This document shows, in pieces, positions 39,431-53,619 of a stretch of 64,000 bases of DNA. A program made the translations under genes and the position numbers. Each line of letters begins with the position of its first letter. Positions within the stretch are counted from its first letter, which is position 1. The notes below the pieces were generated by a model, which saw only the letters and a program-made list of their open reading frames with translations, searched no databases and was not told the DNA's origin. This DNA is from Vicugna vicugna (lineage: Eukaryota), in NCBI GenBank assembly GCA_013265495.1, contig MU058000.1, positions 682,001 through 746,000 of the forward strand. Reading direction: 5' to 3'.

Positions 39431-41367
39431 GAAGGGATTGGCAGTCTATCTGATGGGTGTAGCTCATAAATGAGATAATGTTATCTGAAACTATTACATC
39501 TTTAGCTTTCATTATTATGACTAAGGAAGGAAAATCACTTTTGTCTGTGGAATGTAAATTGGGTCTGAAAGGACTTCCCAAACAGACATGTATGAGCTTC
39601 ATGCATTAGCATAGTCATTTGTGAGTGTCAAGACTTGAGCTGTTCCTGGATGTATACAATCCAGCCCAGACCCAGAAATCATTATTAAAAAGATGGTGAG
39701 CACACAAAACACAGCCACAGAGTCCATGTACTAAAGCTGCGTCACAGATGCGTTTCTTGGTGTCCGGCAAGGGCTAGCCACTCATGCTGTATCTGGGGTT
39801 CCTTCCTAGCAATTCATGGGAGGGGAAGGAAGCCATGAGGACAGGGTGACTTTTGGTGCAGCGAAAAATGAAAGAACTGATGGAGGAAACAGACAATTCC
39901 CAAGGGACAACCAGATTTACCCAGAGACATGTTTTACCCATAGATACACTGAGGAACTCACTGCAGGAGGATTAGGGACAGAAAGGCTGCTTTGATAGGC
40001 AAAAACCAGAATTTCAAAATTCAGAAGGGCTAGTTTCTAGGGTGGTGCTAGCCAGGCAGAACAGACTGGTGTTCTGATAAGAAAGCTGTATATGGTTCAG
40101 CGACTGTATTAACAGCCTTTCCTTGGTGTTTGCCTAAAACCCTGCTCTGCCCTGCTTCTGTGCACACAGAAATAGGTCGTCAAAACACCCACAAAGTCTT
40201 GTTACCTTGACCCTTGAGCCTCAGTGTCCTTATCAGTAAAATGAGGACACTCATAGTCCTATGCAAATTAAATGAGAGCTCATGAAAAGCTTTTATTACA
40301 GTGTCTGGCACGTATAAGTTGCTTGATAAATAACAGTTATTATTATTATTGGCTTTAAACAAAAAAGAGATGCCAAATATTGAATCTGAACTATTAAGAA
40401 GATACTAATTTATAGACTGAGAGAAAAATTTAGTCTAGTCTGGATAATTCTAGAATTTGCTAAATCCGGGTTTAAGCAATTGCTATTTTTTCTTGAACGT
40501 ATACTTTCTCAAAATACATTCTCTATACCTTCTTGTTTATCTACATCTATCTTAGAATTTTACTTGGTTCAGAGAACCAAAAAACATCAATTATCCTTGA
40601 GAAAATCTGTTCATAAACATCCAGGTCTTGTGCTCTGCAGATCTGGATTGCTCTGATCATGATTGTACAAAGGAAGAGTCTGTGGACGAGATAGCCTTCA
40701 GAGGGAAAAACAGGAACTATTCACTTTGTCATCATTGCCTCTTTCACATAATAGGCAAATGTGTGTTTCCTACAGAGAGTCAGGCATAAATGTGCTGAAG
40801 ATGGGAAGAGACTGGGTCAAAGGTTTTCTTGTCTTGTTTGAGAATCTCCCACATTGATGATCCCCTCACATTTCAAAACGATGGCTCACAAATCATTTTA
40901 CGTCCATGGTCACTTTGGAGGAGCAATAAACCAAGAGACCACATATTCAGGGCCCTGAATTGGGGCCGGAAGACCTGTCCTTCTGCCACTTTGAGAATTC
41001 ATCTAAGATGTCTGTAAAGTTGGGGTGGGGAGGGAGTGGATTAGATGATCCTGAATTTGTCTTGTCTTTAAAACCCCATAATTCATATCCATTCTTCTAC
41101 CTTTTTATTGTGAAAGAAAACAGTGTAAGCCACCTCACTTTCACTAGAACCAAGGATATGACATTGCTTTGATGAGACACAAATGAAAGAAATGATGAAA
41201 TAAGAATTCAAGTTAAAGATAAAAAATACATACAGTGCCACCCTGCAGTCATCACCAGAGAGCTGTCTGCTCGCTGTGTGATGTGTCAGCTTGACACACT
41301 CTTTCTCTCTCATCTATGGCAATGATAGAAAAATACCTTTGAACCCTCAAAATGGGTCATTTAATTC

Positions 41368-42011
41368 TGTTGCCAGTAGATGTAACAGGTGTCCAGGCTC
41401 TTGTCCCATACAGAAAGAATTCAGAGACAAGATGCAGATGGTAAGAAAGTAAAGTGAGGATTTATTAAGGGATGGATAGTCCACTCTCAAGGAGAGAATG
41501 GGCAGGCTCACGTGAGCAACTGCCCTGAGTTTCTTTGGCAAGTTGGTTACATAGAGTATAAAAATGAATGGGCGGGATATTCACTGAGGAGGGAAGGACT
41601 TGGGGTTATATTCCCTGATTTTCTTTTCAACTCCACCTTCCCGAAGGGAGGAGGGATTTTTGTCCTTAACCTGGATCGTAAGTGTCATGGCATGATGGGT
41701 ACTTCTAATCTGGCAAGGCTAATATTATTGAAATGAGGGCATAATAAGCAAAAGGTTACATTTGGACACTGGACATTCTTGCCTTTTCTTACCTTTCTTT
41801 GCTGGCCTTCAGGCTACTCATCACCCCAAAAGGTGTGACCACTTATCAGCCCAGAGGTTCCTGCTTTTCTTTCTCTTCTCAGGGACCCCTGCTGTTTACA
41901 TGATGTAGGGTCTGTTTATTGGGTCTGTGCCCTTCCTTTCTGTCCAATTCCTGCCATTTGGCCTGCGTCCCCCTTTCTCTGCTCATATCCAGCTATCTGC
42001 CTGCTCTAACA
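41368..42011 (-). mobile_element. ERV1-type solo LTR in the same orientation as STON2
   Basis: tgttg...taaca termini, perfect TSD attc (41364-41367 and 42012-42015), minus-strand AATAAA at 41461-41466. Confidence 0.82.
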
Positions 42012-43622
42012 ATTCCAACTTATGAACTGTCAAGACTAACCTGAGCTGCAGACAGAGTGCCTCCTCCCCACTCACTGTGGTCAACAAATGAGCAATCGGT
42101 AGCCTCAGGGGCAGGTGGAGAAGTTTAAGTTACACAGGACTGAGAAGTCTAATTGGCCTCGAAACAGCTGACAATCCAGCTATTATTCGTGAGCTAATCA
42201 CAGCTAACATTTATTGAGTACTTACTATATGCCAGGCCTTAATGCTATGTTCTATATACACACATAGTCTCATTAAATATTTGATTATCACGCCTATTCT
42301 GTGAGTCTGGAAACTAGGGCTTATGGCAGCTCAGGGTCCTGGCCATGCTACTCAGTCAGATTGTGCTGACAGCCCTTTCACAGTGGAGAAGACCAGGAAA
42401 TCTCCTGTTTCCTTTCCCCTGTGCCTTTTTTCCTGGTCCAGTAACTCACATCCTTTTCTCTCAAAAAGTCCTTTTTGAGAGAGGACATCCTTTCCTGAAA
42501 GTCCTGAGAGACTGGACGGCTCCAAAAATTTGATAGTTGACTTGCTCTGTAATGTTTTTAGAAGTGTTTTCCCCTAAGCACCAAATGGTTCGACAGCTAC
42601 CTCTGTCTTCCATGATCAAGTCAACTGGTACCACTGATTCTCAGCAGAGCGCTCCTTCTGTGTAAGGCATGATTCGTGGGTTGGAGCTGAACAGCAACAA
42701 GTGCATGCAAAGGACCTGGGGGACAGAAGAAAGCGAGCCTCGAACCTAGATGACCACCTCCTGGGAGATGGAGCTGAATCTGTGTTCCTTTTTGTATTAC
42801 ACCTAGTTTTGTACCCCACCATCAACAGGTAAAGAAGTAGAATGGCACACGGGGAAGAGCAAGGGGACAGGAGGGCGCAGAAGAACACGGGCGCAGGTCT
42901 CCACTGCCCCCATTCCTGCCTGACCACCTCTGCTCTGCTCCCTCCCTTCTGCCGCCTTGGACTCCTGCCCTGATACTGAGAAGTGCCAAGTGTCAAGGGG
43001 TGTTTCTAATTTGGGAGGGGCAAAGGAGAAAAGAAAAGGCTGAACTATCTCTTTATCATAATAAAAACAGTAACAATTTTTTAATTCATACTATGTGCAA
43101 GCACTATGAAAAAAACTTTTTTTAGTTGATCTTACGTGCTTCTCACAAGAACCCTATGAGAGAAATGTTATTAACTCCATATAAAGAGGAAGAAAATGAG
43201 GCACAAAGTGGTTAGACAATGTGCCCAAGGTGCCCAGTAAGGAGGCAGTAGAGCTGAGACGTGAGGGGCTGAAAACACTGAAACTGAAAACAAAGGGATC
43301 TGCTTTATAAGGATTTAAGTGTTCATTTGTTTCTGACAGCCCTAGAAAAAGGCAGATCACTAGGAAACCAAGGAATTGCTTATAGCTGACCTGCTCTGGA
43401 ACTCACTAGCCAGGGGACATCAGATAGGACAGCATCATAGTCCCACATATCATCTTTATTGTACATGTTGTTGAAACTGGAAAGGCCAATTTGCATTGCC
43501 CAGTGAGACACAGGAGCCTTATGGCTTGGCTGCTTGTTAACCCAACACAGCTATTTCCTGGTCTTTGGCCAACAAGGCATACCATATTGTCTCCGCCTAG
43601 GTAAGGGAATTAGCAGAATGGA

Positions 43623-43653
43623 TGTGTGTGTGTGTGTGTGTTTGTGTGTGTGT
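43623..43653. repeat. (TG)n microsatellite with one interruption
   Basis: Directly visible in the sequence. Confidence 0.95.
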
Positions 43654-45487
43654 AGGATTTATGCAGTGTAGGCACAAAGCCCATAGGCACACCTTGCATT
43701 CTTGGCTAACATCCCTTCCTCCCCATTAAGAAGAGAGATTATGTGACTGTTTCAGTCATTCTTCTCTTCCTGAAATGGCTTTGGGAGGGATACAGTCTGG
43801 CTGGGGTTTAAGCTCCCAACTGGCCAAGCATAAAGGTGGGCTATACTGACACCTCTGTGTACCATGTGTGTCAGCAAGAAAGGGAAGCCCGGACAGCTAC
43901 GCAGGGAAAGGCTGTCCTTTGCCATTAAAGCTGTACTCCCTAGGGAGAGAGAGGATCAGAAGAGAAACTTGACCCATCTCACCTGCCCATACTCCCTCTA
44001 CTCCTGTTTTCAAGACAAACTGAAGCTGCTGTGGCTTTTTGAAGCTACAGATTTCATGCTTTCTACTGAAACTTAATTAGTAAAACTCCGCTAAGCCACT
44101 TCCCCTGCAAATTGCAGATTCAGTGAGACCAAAAGGAGTTGTATCTTCTAATTCAATCTCTTCCCCCTATGCCTCCTGCATCTGGCTGAGGAACAGCCAT
44201 CACACCTCCAACCTAAGGAATTCTTCCTCTGCCCAGCTGGCGTCACCCAGACGGGGCTTGCTGTTTAAAATCAAATTGCCCCCGGCTATTTAATCATGTA
44301 ATGGCTAGCTCTGGTTTCATGATGCATTGGTGTGTATTGATCATAACCACTGGGTGACAGGAATCTGCCAATCCCTTTGAAAATGAGTCCCTCTCTGGTT
44401 TTGGAAAGCAAAGAGGTTTCTGGCCTCCAGTCAACTTTTTGTGTGTTTGTCATCACCTTTTGGTAGCAAACTCTTTGTACCATTACTCAACACTTCAAGT
44501 AAGGATTCTGTTTAAGAAACACGTCCTTGCTTGTGAAGCCTGGCAGTCCAAAAGGACACTTAGAGGCAAATTATTTAAAGAGACACAGCCCCATGCTCTC
44601 ACCGCTCTGCTTGTCCCTGCCCCCCTCCCTCCTCCTGGTCTCTTTCTCTCTCTCTTCTCTCTCACTTTCTTTCTTTCTTCTTTCATCCACCACTTCCATT
44701 CTATATACCATCTTCTAAAAATCTCCTCCCAGGGCCTGGCTGCATTTCATGGATTCCGATACACAAGACTCACCAGTCCAATCAAGGAAGACGAAGAGCT
44801 ATCTAATGATCTGATCAATGACAAGAACCACCCAGGGCTTTGGTCTTGTTTTAACTTCTTGCGGCATATCTTGGGTGTGGAGTGGGGTGGTGGAGAAGAG
44901 AAAAAGGGAGCAAAAATCTGAAGACCCCCAAGGGCAGAGGCTGTGATGAAATCCTCTTGCACCCCCCACAGAGCCCAACGCAGCCCTAGACAGCAAGCAT
45001 TCATGGAGTGGCTTATATATGCAGAACCAAAGGTGAACAAACCATTGGGTGCTTGCCTCGAAGAGCCCTCAGGCTCAGGGAGAGAGGAGGAGTTAAGGGG
45101 GTTGCAAATTCTAAGACTTCAACAAAACCAAAGGTTTTTCTACTTTTAAAACAACTGGAGTACTACTTTTTGTGTGTGGGGAGAGACATGAAATAAGTCT
45201 TACAAATGTCATCCAAATCTTTCATTTTCCATGCAACAGAATGGAAATCCTTGTGTGAGCTGCTGCAGGCCTCTCCAGCTACGACTAGCCCCTGGGCTGC
45301 TGGCTCCCAGCCCAGAGCTCCCAAGACACACTGTGGACCACATGGCAGCTTCAGGGGCCACAACAGACAGAAAGACAGTGACAACAGGACTCAGAGACAT
45401 AAAGATCAAGGGCTTATCCCATATTCAAATAGTATGTATCGGGTTAAGGATAAAAGTTTTTAAACTAAGCTTTCAATAAAAAGAACT

Positions 45488-45650
45488 TGGGGGAGGGGAG
45501 GGTGTAGCTCAGCGGCAGAGTGCATGATTAGCATGCATGAGGTCCTGGGTTCAATCCCCAGTACCTCCATTAAAATAACTAAGTAAATAAATAAACCTAA
45601 TTACCTCCCCCCAAACAAAAACAAAACAAAAAACAAAATATTTTTTAAAA
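45488..45650 (+). mobile_element. tRNA-derived SINE, same family as 7329-7470
   Basis: A box TAGCTCAGCGG, B box GGTTCAATCCC and an A-rich tail. Perfect 13-bp TSD aataaaaagaact at 45475-45487 and 45651-45663. Confidence 0.92.
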
Positions 45651-47859
45651 AATAAAAAGAACTCAGTGCTGCTTGTGACGAATGGCTCGATCCCGTACAA
45701 GGCATTTTTGACCCAAATGTATTTGTAAACCAGGAACACAGAGTGAGCCAGGCAGATTTCCCCATCTACACGCAAAGCGAAAACAAGATGTAGAAGTGCT
45801 AAGTGGTAACAGCAGTGTGGCGATGTGATCAATCAATCCCCAGTGGTGTTTAAGGTCTAGTGATTTCATCCATTAGCCCAGCGAGAACTACAATTAGCCT
45901 TAAACTCTGCTCATCACCACCCCTGAGATGACACAGAGCAGCAGCCCTGAGTGACAGGCGGGACATTTTTTAAGTGTCTGGGAAGCCTCCTAGGAAGTCA
46001 GCAGCACGGAGCACCTTTCTCAGCAGCTTCCCATTTTCTTTCCTCCCTCTACGGCACTGGTGCCCCAAGTAAAAGCCAGCACCTCAACTTCTCTCTCTTG
46101 GTGAGCTAGTCCTTCCCTCTGAGTGAACAACGGAGGCACAGAGTTGATTAGAAGGGCTGGCAAATGCAGAGGGAAAAACTACATCCTGGTCCATTCTGGC
46201 ATCTCCATACTTAAGAGGTGAACACGAGCAATAATCGAAGAAATGAACTCTCACTCTGCTCCTTAAGCAAGGGTAGTAAGAGCACGTTACCAGAATGCCT
46301 CCTAAGAAGGGAGAAAAAGATTCTACTGACTGCAGATCAAACCTCAATTCCTTTCTTCTCCTCACACCTCTTTAGGGGATAAAAGGTTGCAAATGTCTCT
46401 CCAATCAAAACAAGATCTCTCTCTGCCTTTCCGTGATTCTTAGCCCCTGCTTTGTGTTGGCCTCTTTGTCTCTGCAAAGAAGCTGCTTCGTTGAAACATC
46501 ATAGGAAAAAAACAGTTGTCTCCCAGACAATGAAGTCGCCTGCACACAGGCATTTCCAATGTAGGCAGGCGACAATGCCCGCAGAATTCTCAACCTGTTG
46601 CTATAGTAGCAGAAAGAATGTGATTCCAGCAGCTCTGCAGAGATCCGTATCCAAATCCCACCAGCTCCCAAAGAGAACATTAACCCTTCCCTGCCCCCTT
46701 TCAGGGCAGAAACACCTGGGAAGAAGTCTACATATTTCTGAGGAGCTGGAGGTTGTTTTAACATTCACTCACTCATTCATTCATTCATTCATCCAATGGC
46801 TATTTATTTGATGGCATTCTGTTACGTTGGGTGCTAGGTTTTCAGTGGCAAACAATTCAAACATGGCCTTTGATGTTAAGCAGGAGGAAGGGTAGGATAC
46901 AAAATCACTGTTCAAATAACAATATATCATGTAGCATCAGTATTACATGGGAGACACATGAAGTTTTCAGCAAAGCCATCACCAGCATGGAAACAACCTA
47001 TCCAAGATAAACAGCTTGTACATTAGCTGCTACAGATCCTATTTATTTGGGGCCACTGCAATTATTTGATTGTTTCCATGTGTTAATTTGACAAAAATAT
47101 CACACACAAAAAAATGTCTGTTCCAATCATATCGCGCCTCCTGCAAAGCATTAAATCAAATCGGTGGTCCACATAAAATAGCGATAGCATTTTGTTTGTC
47201 GGAGAACCATTGCAAGCAACTGCTGAACACCAGGGAAAAGAAATAGTAGGTGAGGGCTCAGAAAATACATGACCTGAGGACCCAGGGAAGACTTCTAAAC
47301 AGTCCTCACCCCAATTTATTTCTGCGGTCAAGACAGTAATGAAGAAATCTCAGGAAACACAATGTAGAAATGACCTATAATCCAGCTTACTTTCCCCACC
47401 ATTGTGGTGTGGAAATCTCATGTTATTGACTACCTTCCTGCTAGACTTCCTTGTTTCCCATGGAGGACTAATACCAGGAGGGCGAGGTTTCTCAAACTCA
47501 GGAGGCAATGATATCCTTATATGCTTTTTGTGAAACAAGGCAGTATCAATCAGATTGCCAAACAAAAGCTGAAAAACCAAGAAGACAGGTTACTAATCTT
47601 GGTTGGCTAGTAGATAAGGTCTCAGGAAGGTTACATAATCCTTTGTCCCTCAGTTTCCTCAGAGGTACATCTGATACACCACATAGATCCAAAGGTACAG
47701 AATGATCAATAGTAATGCCTGTAAGTCAGTGGCCTGAAATAAAGCACTCCATTATTATTCCTAGTAACACTGTAAAACACAGGTTTCTGCCCTGGAGAGT
47801 ATTTGAGAACCTCAATCACCTTTCGGAACACTGGTTAACTATCTCAACCGGAGGCACAA

Positions 47860-48425
47860 GCTTTCACGAAAAAACAAACAACAAACAAAAAACCCCACAT
47901 CAGGGCAAGAGGGGCCATCAGGGAGGGTTTCACCCAAGTCTCTTTAAACCACTGCAACTGGCTGGGCCGGGATGAAAGGAAAAGAATGCTGCCTGCCATT
48001 CCAGTTCTACAAGGATCAAGCCCTTAGCTAGTGCAGTCACCCACCAACAGTGCACCCCGAGGGGAATTCAGGATGGAAAAAACAGGATGCATTCTGTGCT
48101 TTGGAAATACTAGCCCCTAGATAGCTAAGATGCATATTTAAGGGAAAATTTCAGTGATCCCAGATTCTTGCATCTTCCCTTACATAGAAAAGCACTAAAG
48201 TCATTAACTTGGGATGTCCTTTGTGATTAGTAGGAATCTCCTGAAGTTCAAGTACTAGTTTTTTTCAACCAAAAAAAAAAAAATATATATCCTGGCTCCT
48301 CCCCTACCCTTTCTTACCCCTTCTTCAGAGCTGAGAAGCTGTCTCCCAGGCTATAGTCCTCAGTAAGATCCCTAAATAAAATTTAATTCACAACATTTAT
48401 ATTGTGTGTTTTTCTTTCAGAGGAA
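47860..48425 (+). mobile_element. Diverged LTR related to 31932-32412 (boundaries approximate)
   Basis: Shared blocks (ccctagat..aag.tgcat; tatatcctggctcctcc; ctgaga.gctgtc; gtcctcag...aataaaa). Confidence 0.6.
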
Positions 48426-48854
48426 AGGGAAAAGGTCCTAAGTGTTCAGACTAGATGGAAACTGGTTTCTTTTTGCTTGAGAAAAACTGATGATAGCAGA
48501 GATATTGTGTGGTCTAAAGGAATGACTCCACCCAAATAATGCCCATCCTGGAAATATACAACCAAACCCAGTGACTCACACACAGAATGAAAATGGAGGT
48601 ATTTTGTCAGAATTCCAGGGCCACCTCTGTACCTATCAAGTTTGAGGTACCTGTGGAAATCTTCTCCCTTTAAAATTCCATCTGCTAGATCATAGTAGCA
48701 AAGAGTCTGATGCTTACTTCAACATTACAAGGAACAGGCTGGTCCCAGAAGATGGACATTTTTTACTGCTTGGTTACTCTGGGATCCAACTACCACTTCA
48801 CCAGCTTTTCTAAGCAGGAAAAAGTACAGCCCCCTCACATGCCCCTCTCCCACT

Positions 48855-49277
48855 ATGGAAGCTTACTTCAGTGGCCCAAATTCTTCACCCTTCTCAGAAA
48901 CATGACCTTGCAGTTTCTCCCTGCAAACATTTATCTCCCTTCCCTTTGACAATGGACTTGGCCATTGACTTGCTTTGGCCAACAGGATGTTAACAGATTA
49001 ATGACATAATCAGAAGCTTGAAATGAGCTTGCTCATCGAGGCTTGTGTTCGTATCTCTGCCATCATCATGAGAAGAACATGCCCAAGCTAAAAGCTGGCC
49101 CCAGGGGGATGAGGGACATGTGGAGTAAAGTCACCCCCAAGTGAGCAGAGCCAAGATCAGCTGATTCTCCCCACCTCAACCTGCAGGCATGAGGTTAATA
49201 AAAGCACAGTTATATGCCACTGAGATTTTGTGGTTGTTTGTAATGCAGCATTACTGTAGCAACAACTAACTGATGTA
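48855..49277 (+). mobile_element. MaLR (MLT1-type) LTR
   Basis: tgacttgctttggccaac and the 3' end aataaa...gccactgagattttgtggttgtttgtaatgcagc...aactaactgat. Confidence 0.7.
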
Positions 49278-49711
49278 TCCACCATAGTAAAAATTCACCT
49301 ATAGTTTATAAGTTAAAACACTGTTTTGCTTTGTTTTTTTAATGCATAAGAAGCAGTGGATCTCTGATTCCCCCTACCCCCAGTTAGACCATCAGGTCTT
49401 CAAAGCAGCATCCTATTACATCCCTAATGCCCAAGATTTATTCATGAAATCCATTCCATGTCCTGAATCCCAAGGGATACAAAGGTAAACAATACACAAC
49501 TGCAGCCATCAGTTTGCACCTGTGAATGTTTTCCCATCTAGGATCAAGGCAATGTGCTTTTGTCCAAAGACGATTATGAAGTTTACTTACACACCTGGAA
49601 GTATACCAAGTCAGTAATGGACTCTGAACCACCTGAGTGTTCTTTGCCTAAGTACAGATGAACTGGAATCATCGTATCTTTCGTTAATGAAAGGGACTGA
49701 CAAAAACCGTT

Positions 49712-49880
49712 GGACTACTGGTTTTTAATCTTAGCCAACCACCAGAGCTTTGTAAATTACAGATTCCTAGTTCCCATCTATAGATATTTAGTTGAATACT
49801 CTGGCACAAGGCCCAGGTGTCTATGTTGTTTAAAGTGTCTCAAAGTAATGCTGAGAATTATAAGAATTGAGCACCGCTCC
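49712..49880. mobile_element. Probable MER5-type hAT DNA transposon relic
   Basis: Degenerate cagattcct.g..ccca...tgaat.ctctgg..aggcccagg..tct..gttt pattern. Confidence 0.45.
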
Positions 49881-50003
49881 CCATATCAAATAGAACTTCT
49901 CTATCCAATTATTGAATCTCCTGTGCTGAGTTGCACTAAGTACTTGTGATGACATTAGCAGAGCCAAAAGTGAACACAGAGGGACTGTTTCCAGATGCCC
50001 ACA

Positions 50004-50500
50004 TGTATCCATTAGTTACTATTAGCATAATAAAAGATTCCAGAACTCAGTAGCTTAAAACAGTAAGCACTAATCATTGCTTATGAGTCTATGGATCTGG
50101 ATCAGTTTGTCTGATCTCTGCTGGACCCACTCATGTGTCTAAGGTCAGCTGGCTGGTCTAGGGTTGCTTCCCTCACGTGTCTGGTATGAGATCACTATCA
50201 GCGGGGGTGACAAGCATCTCTGGGCCACAGCAAATGGGTCCAGGTGTGTACTTACAGATTCTAAGGGAGCAAGCAGAAGTGGGCAAGGCTTCCTAAGACC
50301 TGCGCTGGGGACCAGTACACGAGCACTCCTTTACTTCTGCACATCCTATTGGCCAGAGTCAGTTATGAGGCCAAGCACAGATTTTAGGGCTGGGGAAACA
50401 GACTCCACTTGATAAGAGAAGCTACAAAAATCATATCACAAGGGACTAGATTCATAGAGGGAAATAACTGGGGCCGTTTTTGCAATCAATTTATTACACA
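50004..50500 (-). mobile_element. MaLR (MLT1-type) LTR, reverse
   Basis: Reverse MLT1 end motifs aactcagtagcttaaaaca and cacatcctattggccaga. Confidence 0.6.
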
Positions 50501-53448
50501 GCTTAATGGGAAAAAATATATACATCAGCTCCAGCCAAATGTGATTTCTAAGTGTGAGCCAAAGTTTTCACCCAAAACTCACAAAGTTACCAAATCCTCA
50601 GGCTGACGTTTCATCGGCTAGTCCTCATTTCTCCTCCTGCCTGCACACATACACACACGTCTTAATCCTCAAGATCTTGGTCTCAAACCAAAGCAAGAGA
50701 AATCTATTTACTCTCAGCACATTTTATTTTATTCTTTGAGGTTTTTAAAGATGATAAGGATGACATGCCACCCCTTATGAGCATCTGTTCAGGGCAAATC
50801 TCTCTGTGATGTCTTTTCCTGGCTTAGGATGTGCCTACAGATGCAATGTGACTGCATGATCACCAGGGCTACATCCTCCAAAGGACACCACAGCATTAAC
50901 ACGAAGAGCAGCAACACATAAGAAATAGTACAGAAAAAAGACAGCACACAAGAGCAGCAAATAACCTTGAGGAGCAGGAAAGTGGCGCTCACTGAAGATT
51001 ACAGACTGAGGCTAATTATATTTTAGCCACCAGCTGCTGGCTAAGCCCTCTTCATTTCGCTTCCCTCCTTCCCTCTCTCACCCTTGCCCTGACTGTGACC
51101 ATTCAGGAAATACACTAAACTATGGTGGCTGAATCCACAACTATTTTCCCTGACTCAGGCCCTAAGATGTGTGCAGCCCGGCTGGGACATAGCAGCAGGT
51201 ATCAGAGCATGCCACTACGGTGCTGCTTTCTGTGTTTAGAAAAATGACCATGACCTTTTGGTTAACTCCACTCCAAGTCTCTAAACACCTGCTTGTGAGA
51301 CATGGGACAGGAGGAAGTGGTAGAGAAATAAACTGCAGAAACCAGAAAATACAGGATGGCAGAGAAGTGGCCAGGGCTGGGTTGTGCCTGAAGGCTCTTC
51401 GGACAGTGTAAGAGAAAGCAGAAACTGCTCAAATGCAAGGCTGTCTTAAGGGCATGGTTTGGTTCCTTCTTAATACAGCGAGCTTTCATTCTGCTCGGTA
51501 GGGTCACTGCTTCAAAGACTAAGAAACAGGGGGAGAAGAAAACCACAATGAAAACTTTTTTAAATGATAAATTCACCATAAAGAAGCCTCCAAAAAGCCA
51601 TATTCAAGAAGATATTGCACTCAGTTTATGAAGAAATTCTAGGGAGTTCTGAAAACGTGTAGAATAGGACCCTATAGGAGGAAACACTGCCCACATGCTT
51701 CAGAACTATATCCCAACCCTGGGCACTGGATCTGGGGTGGGGGAAGGAGGCTTGGTAGGAATGGTGATGTTTTTATACCATAACCCTTAATATCCAAAGT
51801 GCAAATGCCTACGAGGGCCAGAAACGCTCTCAATGCTGTTAACTCCATGGATGGCTTGGAGGCGCATCTGTTTTTCAATCAGAACAGAAAAAAAGTCACA
51901 AAAATGTAAACCTCGCATCTCCAGGTAGGATCATCATCATAATGGTTCCCACCCCCATCTCTTGCTCACTTGGCAACAAAATAAGTGGCATTCATGGATC
52001 GTCTTCTCATGAGCCGGCTGATTGAGCTGCAGTCAGTCCACGCTTTTGATTAATTAGCCAAGGGGAAACCTGGGCTGAAAGCAAACTACTGGCATTATCA
52101 CCACAGGAACGTTGATCATGAGAGTGATGAGGAATTGCTGATTCTGTTCAGCAAAAGCTATCCTGTACTTTTCTGAAACTTAGAAGAGGAGCATGTGAAG
52201 TACAGGTTGCTCCTGACAAGAGAACCCTTCCGCTGCCCCTCACGGCAGGAACATGGGCTACGTTCGCAGACACCTGGGCACCAGCCAAACCGTCACCTGT
52301 GTCTTGAAAGTGCCTCTGGTTTGGGCAACTTCTTGGAAGTGCTTTCTGGTTTGTTGTTCTCCTACAAAACCGCTCAGCTCATCACCTTCATGCGCTCAGG
52401 TAGTCAGGACAGAATTCCCCATGGCTGTTAAAAGAATAGGGCCGTCTCAAATCCACTACACTAGTATCCAATCCATGTGGCACATCCACAAATAGTCTCT
52501 TTCCTACCACATTTTTTCTTGAACTCTCCCTAGGGATTAATGTCTGGGGGAGGCCAGGACCCAGAGGGAGCAGTTTTACTCCTTTGCAGGCCAGTGCAAT
52601 CAACGGCTTGTGTTTAGAACAAATATTTGAAACGCAGAAGCCTGTTAACAATGCAGCATTTGATGCCTCTGAATTACTCTCTCACCCACAGCAATTGAGG
52701 GAGAAGCCCTTGGCACCAGCTCCACGCAAAAAACCTGCTTCCCAGCCTCCTCCATTTGCCTTCCGACCCTCCCCTCAAAGAATTCTCCACACACCATACA
52801 AAGGTCTTAGTTTTCTCCCTTAAATACCACATGAATCCCACATAGAACATCTGACTTCTTTCTTCCCAGAGCAGCAAAGATTTAATTCAATACTTCCACG
52901 TAATATTAACATTAATATAGTTAATGAGACCAATCTATCTTTTAACTCTTTTACTCAAACCCTTCCGTTGGTATTTTTCATTTTTAAATAGGGTTTGCTG
53001 TTTGCTAGTTCTGTTTTGCTGGGGGACAAAATGTCATCTTGGTTTATTTTAAAGCAATGGTAACAATTAAACTACTTTTCAATTAGTCAGAGGTGGGCAG
53101 GTATTAAAATGCCCACAGTCCTCAGCACTTTTCCTTCTCCAAAACCTTGGTAAGCAATGTAGGGGTTTTCTTTCCCCCTCTACAGGGCCAAAGGGTACAC
53201 TGTGCTACCCAGAGGTAATTAGAATGTTAAATTTTGCTCAAGGCCAGGCTATCAGGTTACACGTTCTAACAAACCCTGCTGGGAGAAGACTTTGTCTTTG
53301 TCTTGGGACCACTAAGAACTAGTCAATCAACCAAACAGAACACCTTCAATTCTATCAGAAAACCTCCCATCTGAGCACAATGGACAAGAAAAGCCAACAC
53401 CAAAGCAAATAAAATGAATGAAGTGGTCCTGCTGCAGGCCGTCCTTAC

Positions 53449-53619
53449 CACTGGGGGCGAAGGCCCCCTCTGGACCCTTGCCGGGGCTCTGGCTCCTCCA
53501 GGGGTGGATTGGGGGTTGCGAGGGGTCCCGGACGTAGGTGCGGGTAGAGATATGCTCCGTGCATGCTTGAACAGGACTCACCGCCGTCTGCCTGCCTGTC
53601 TGCCACTCCGTCCTCTCGT
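53449..53619 (-). CDS. STON2: STON2 internal cassette-type coding exon, 171 nt, phase 1/1 (D-ERTEWQTGRQTAVSPVQACTEH...GPEGAFAPS)
   Basis: Acceptor ttggcccttcccacccag| and donor AGTG|gtaagg on the minus strand. Length is 57 codons, open in the phase needed to join the 1839-nt exon (G|AC=Asp). The peptide resembles my recollection of the insert in the long human isoform. Confidence 0.8.

Noticed and set aside
45497..45570. tRNA-Ala-like gene (also 7400-7470 on the minus strand)
   Set aside because: It is a SINE head with an A-rich tail and TSDs, with stem and anticodon differences between copies.
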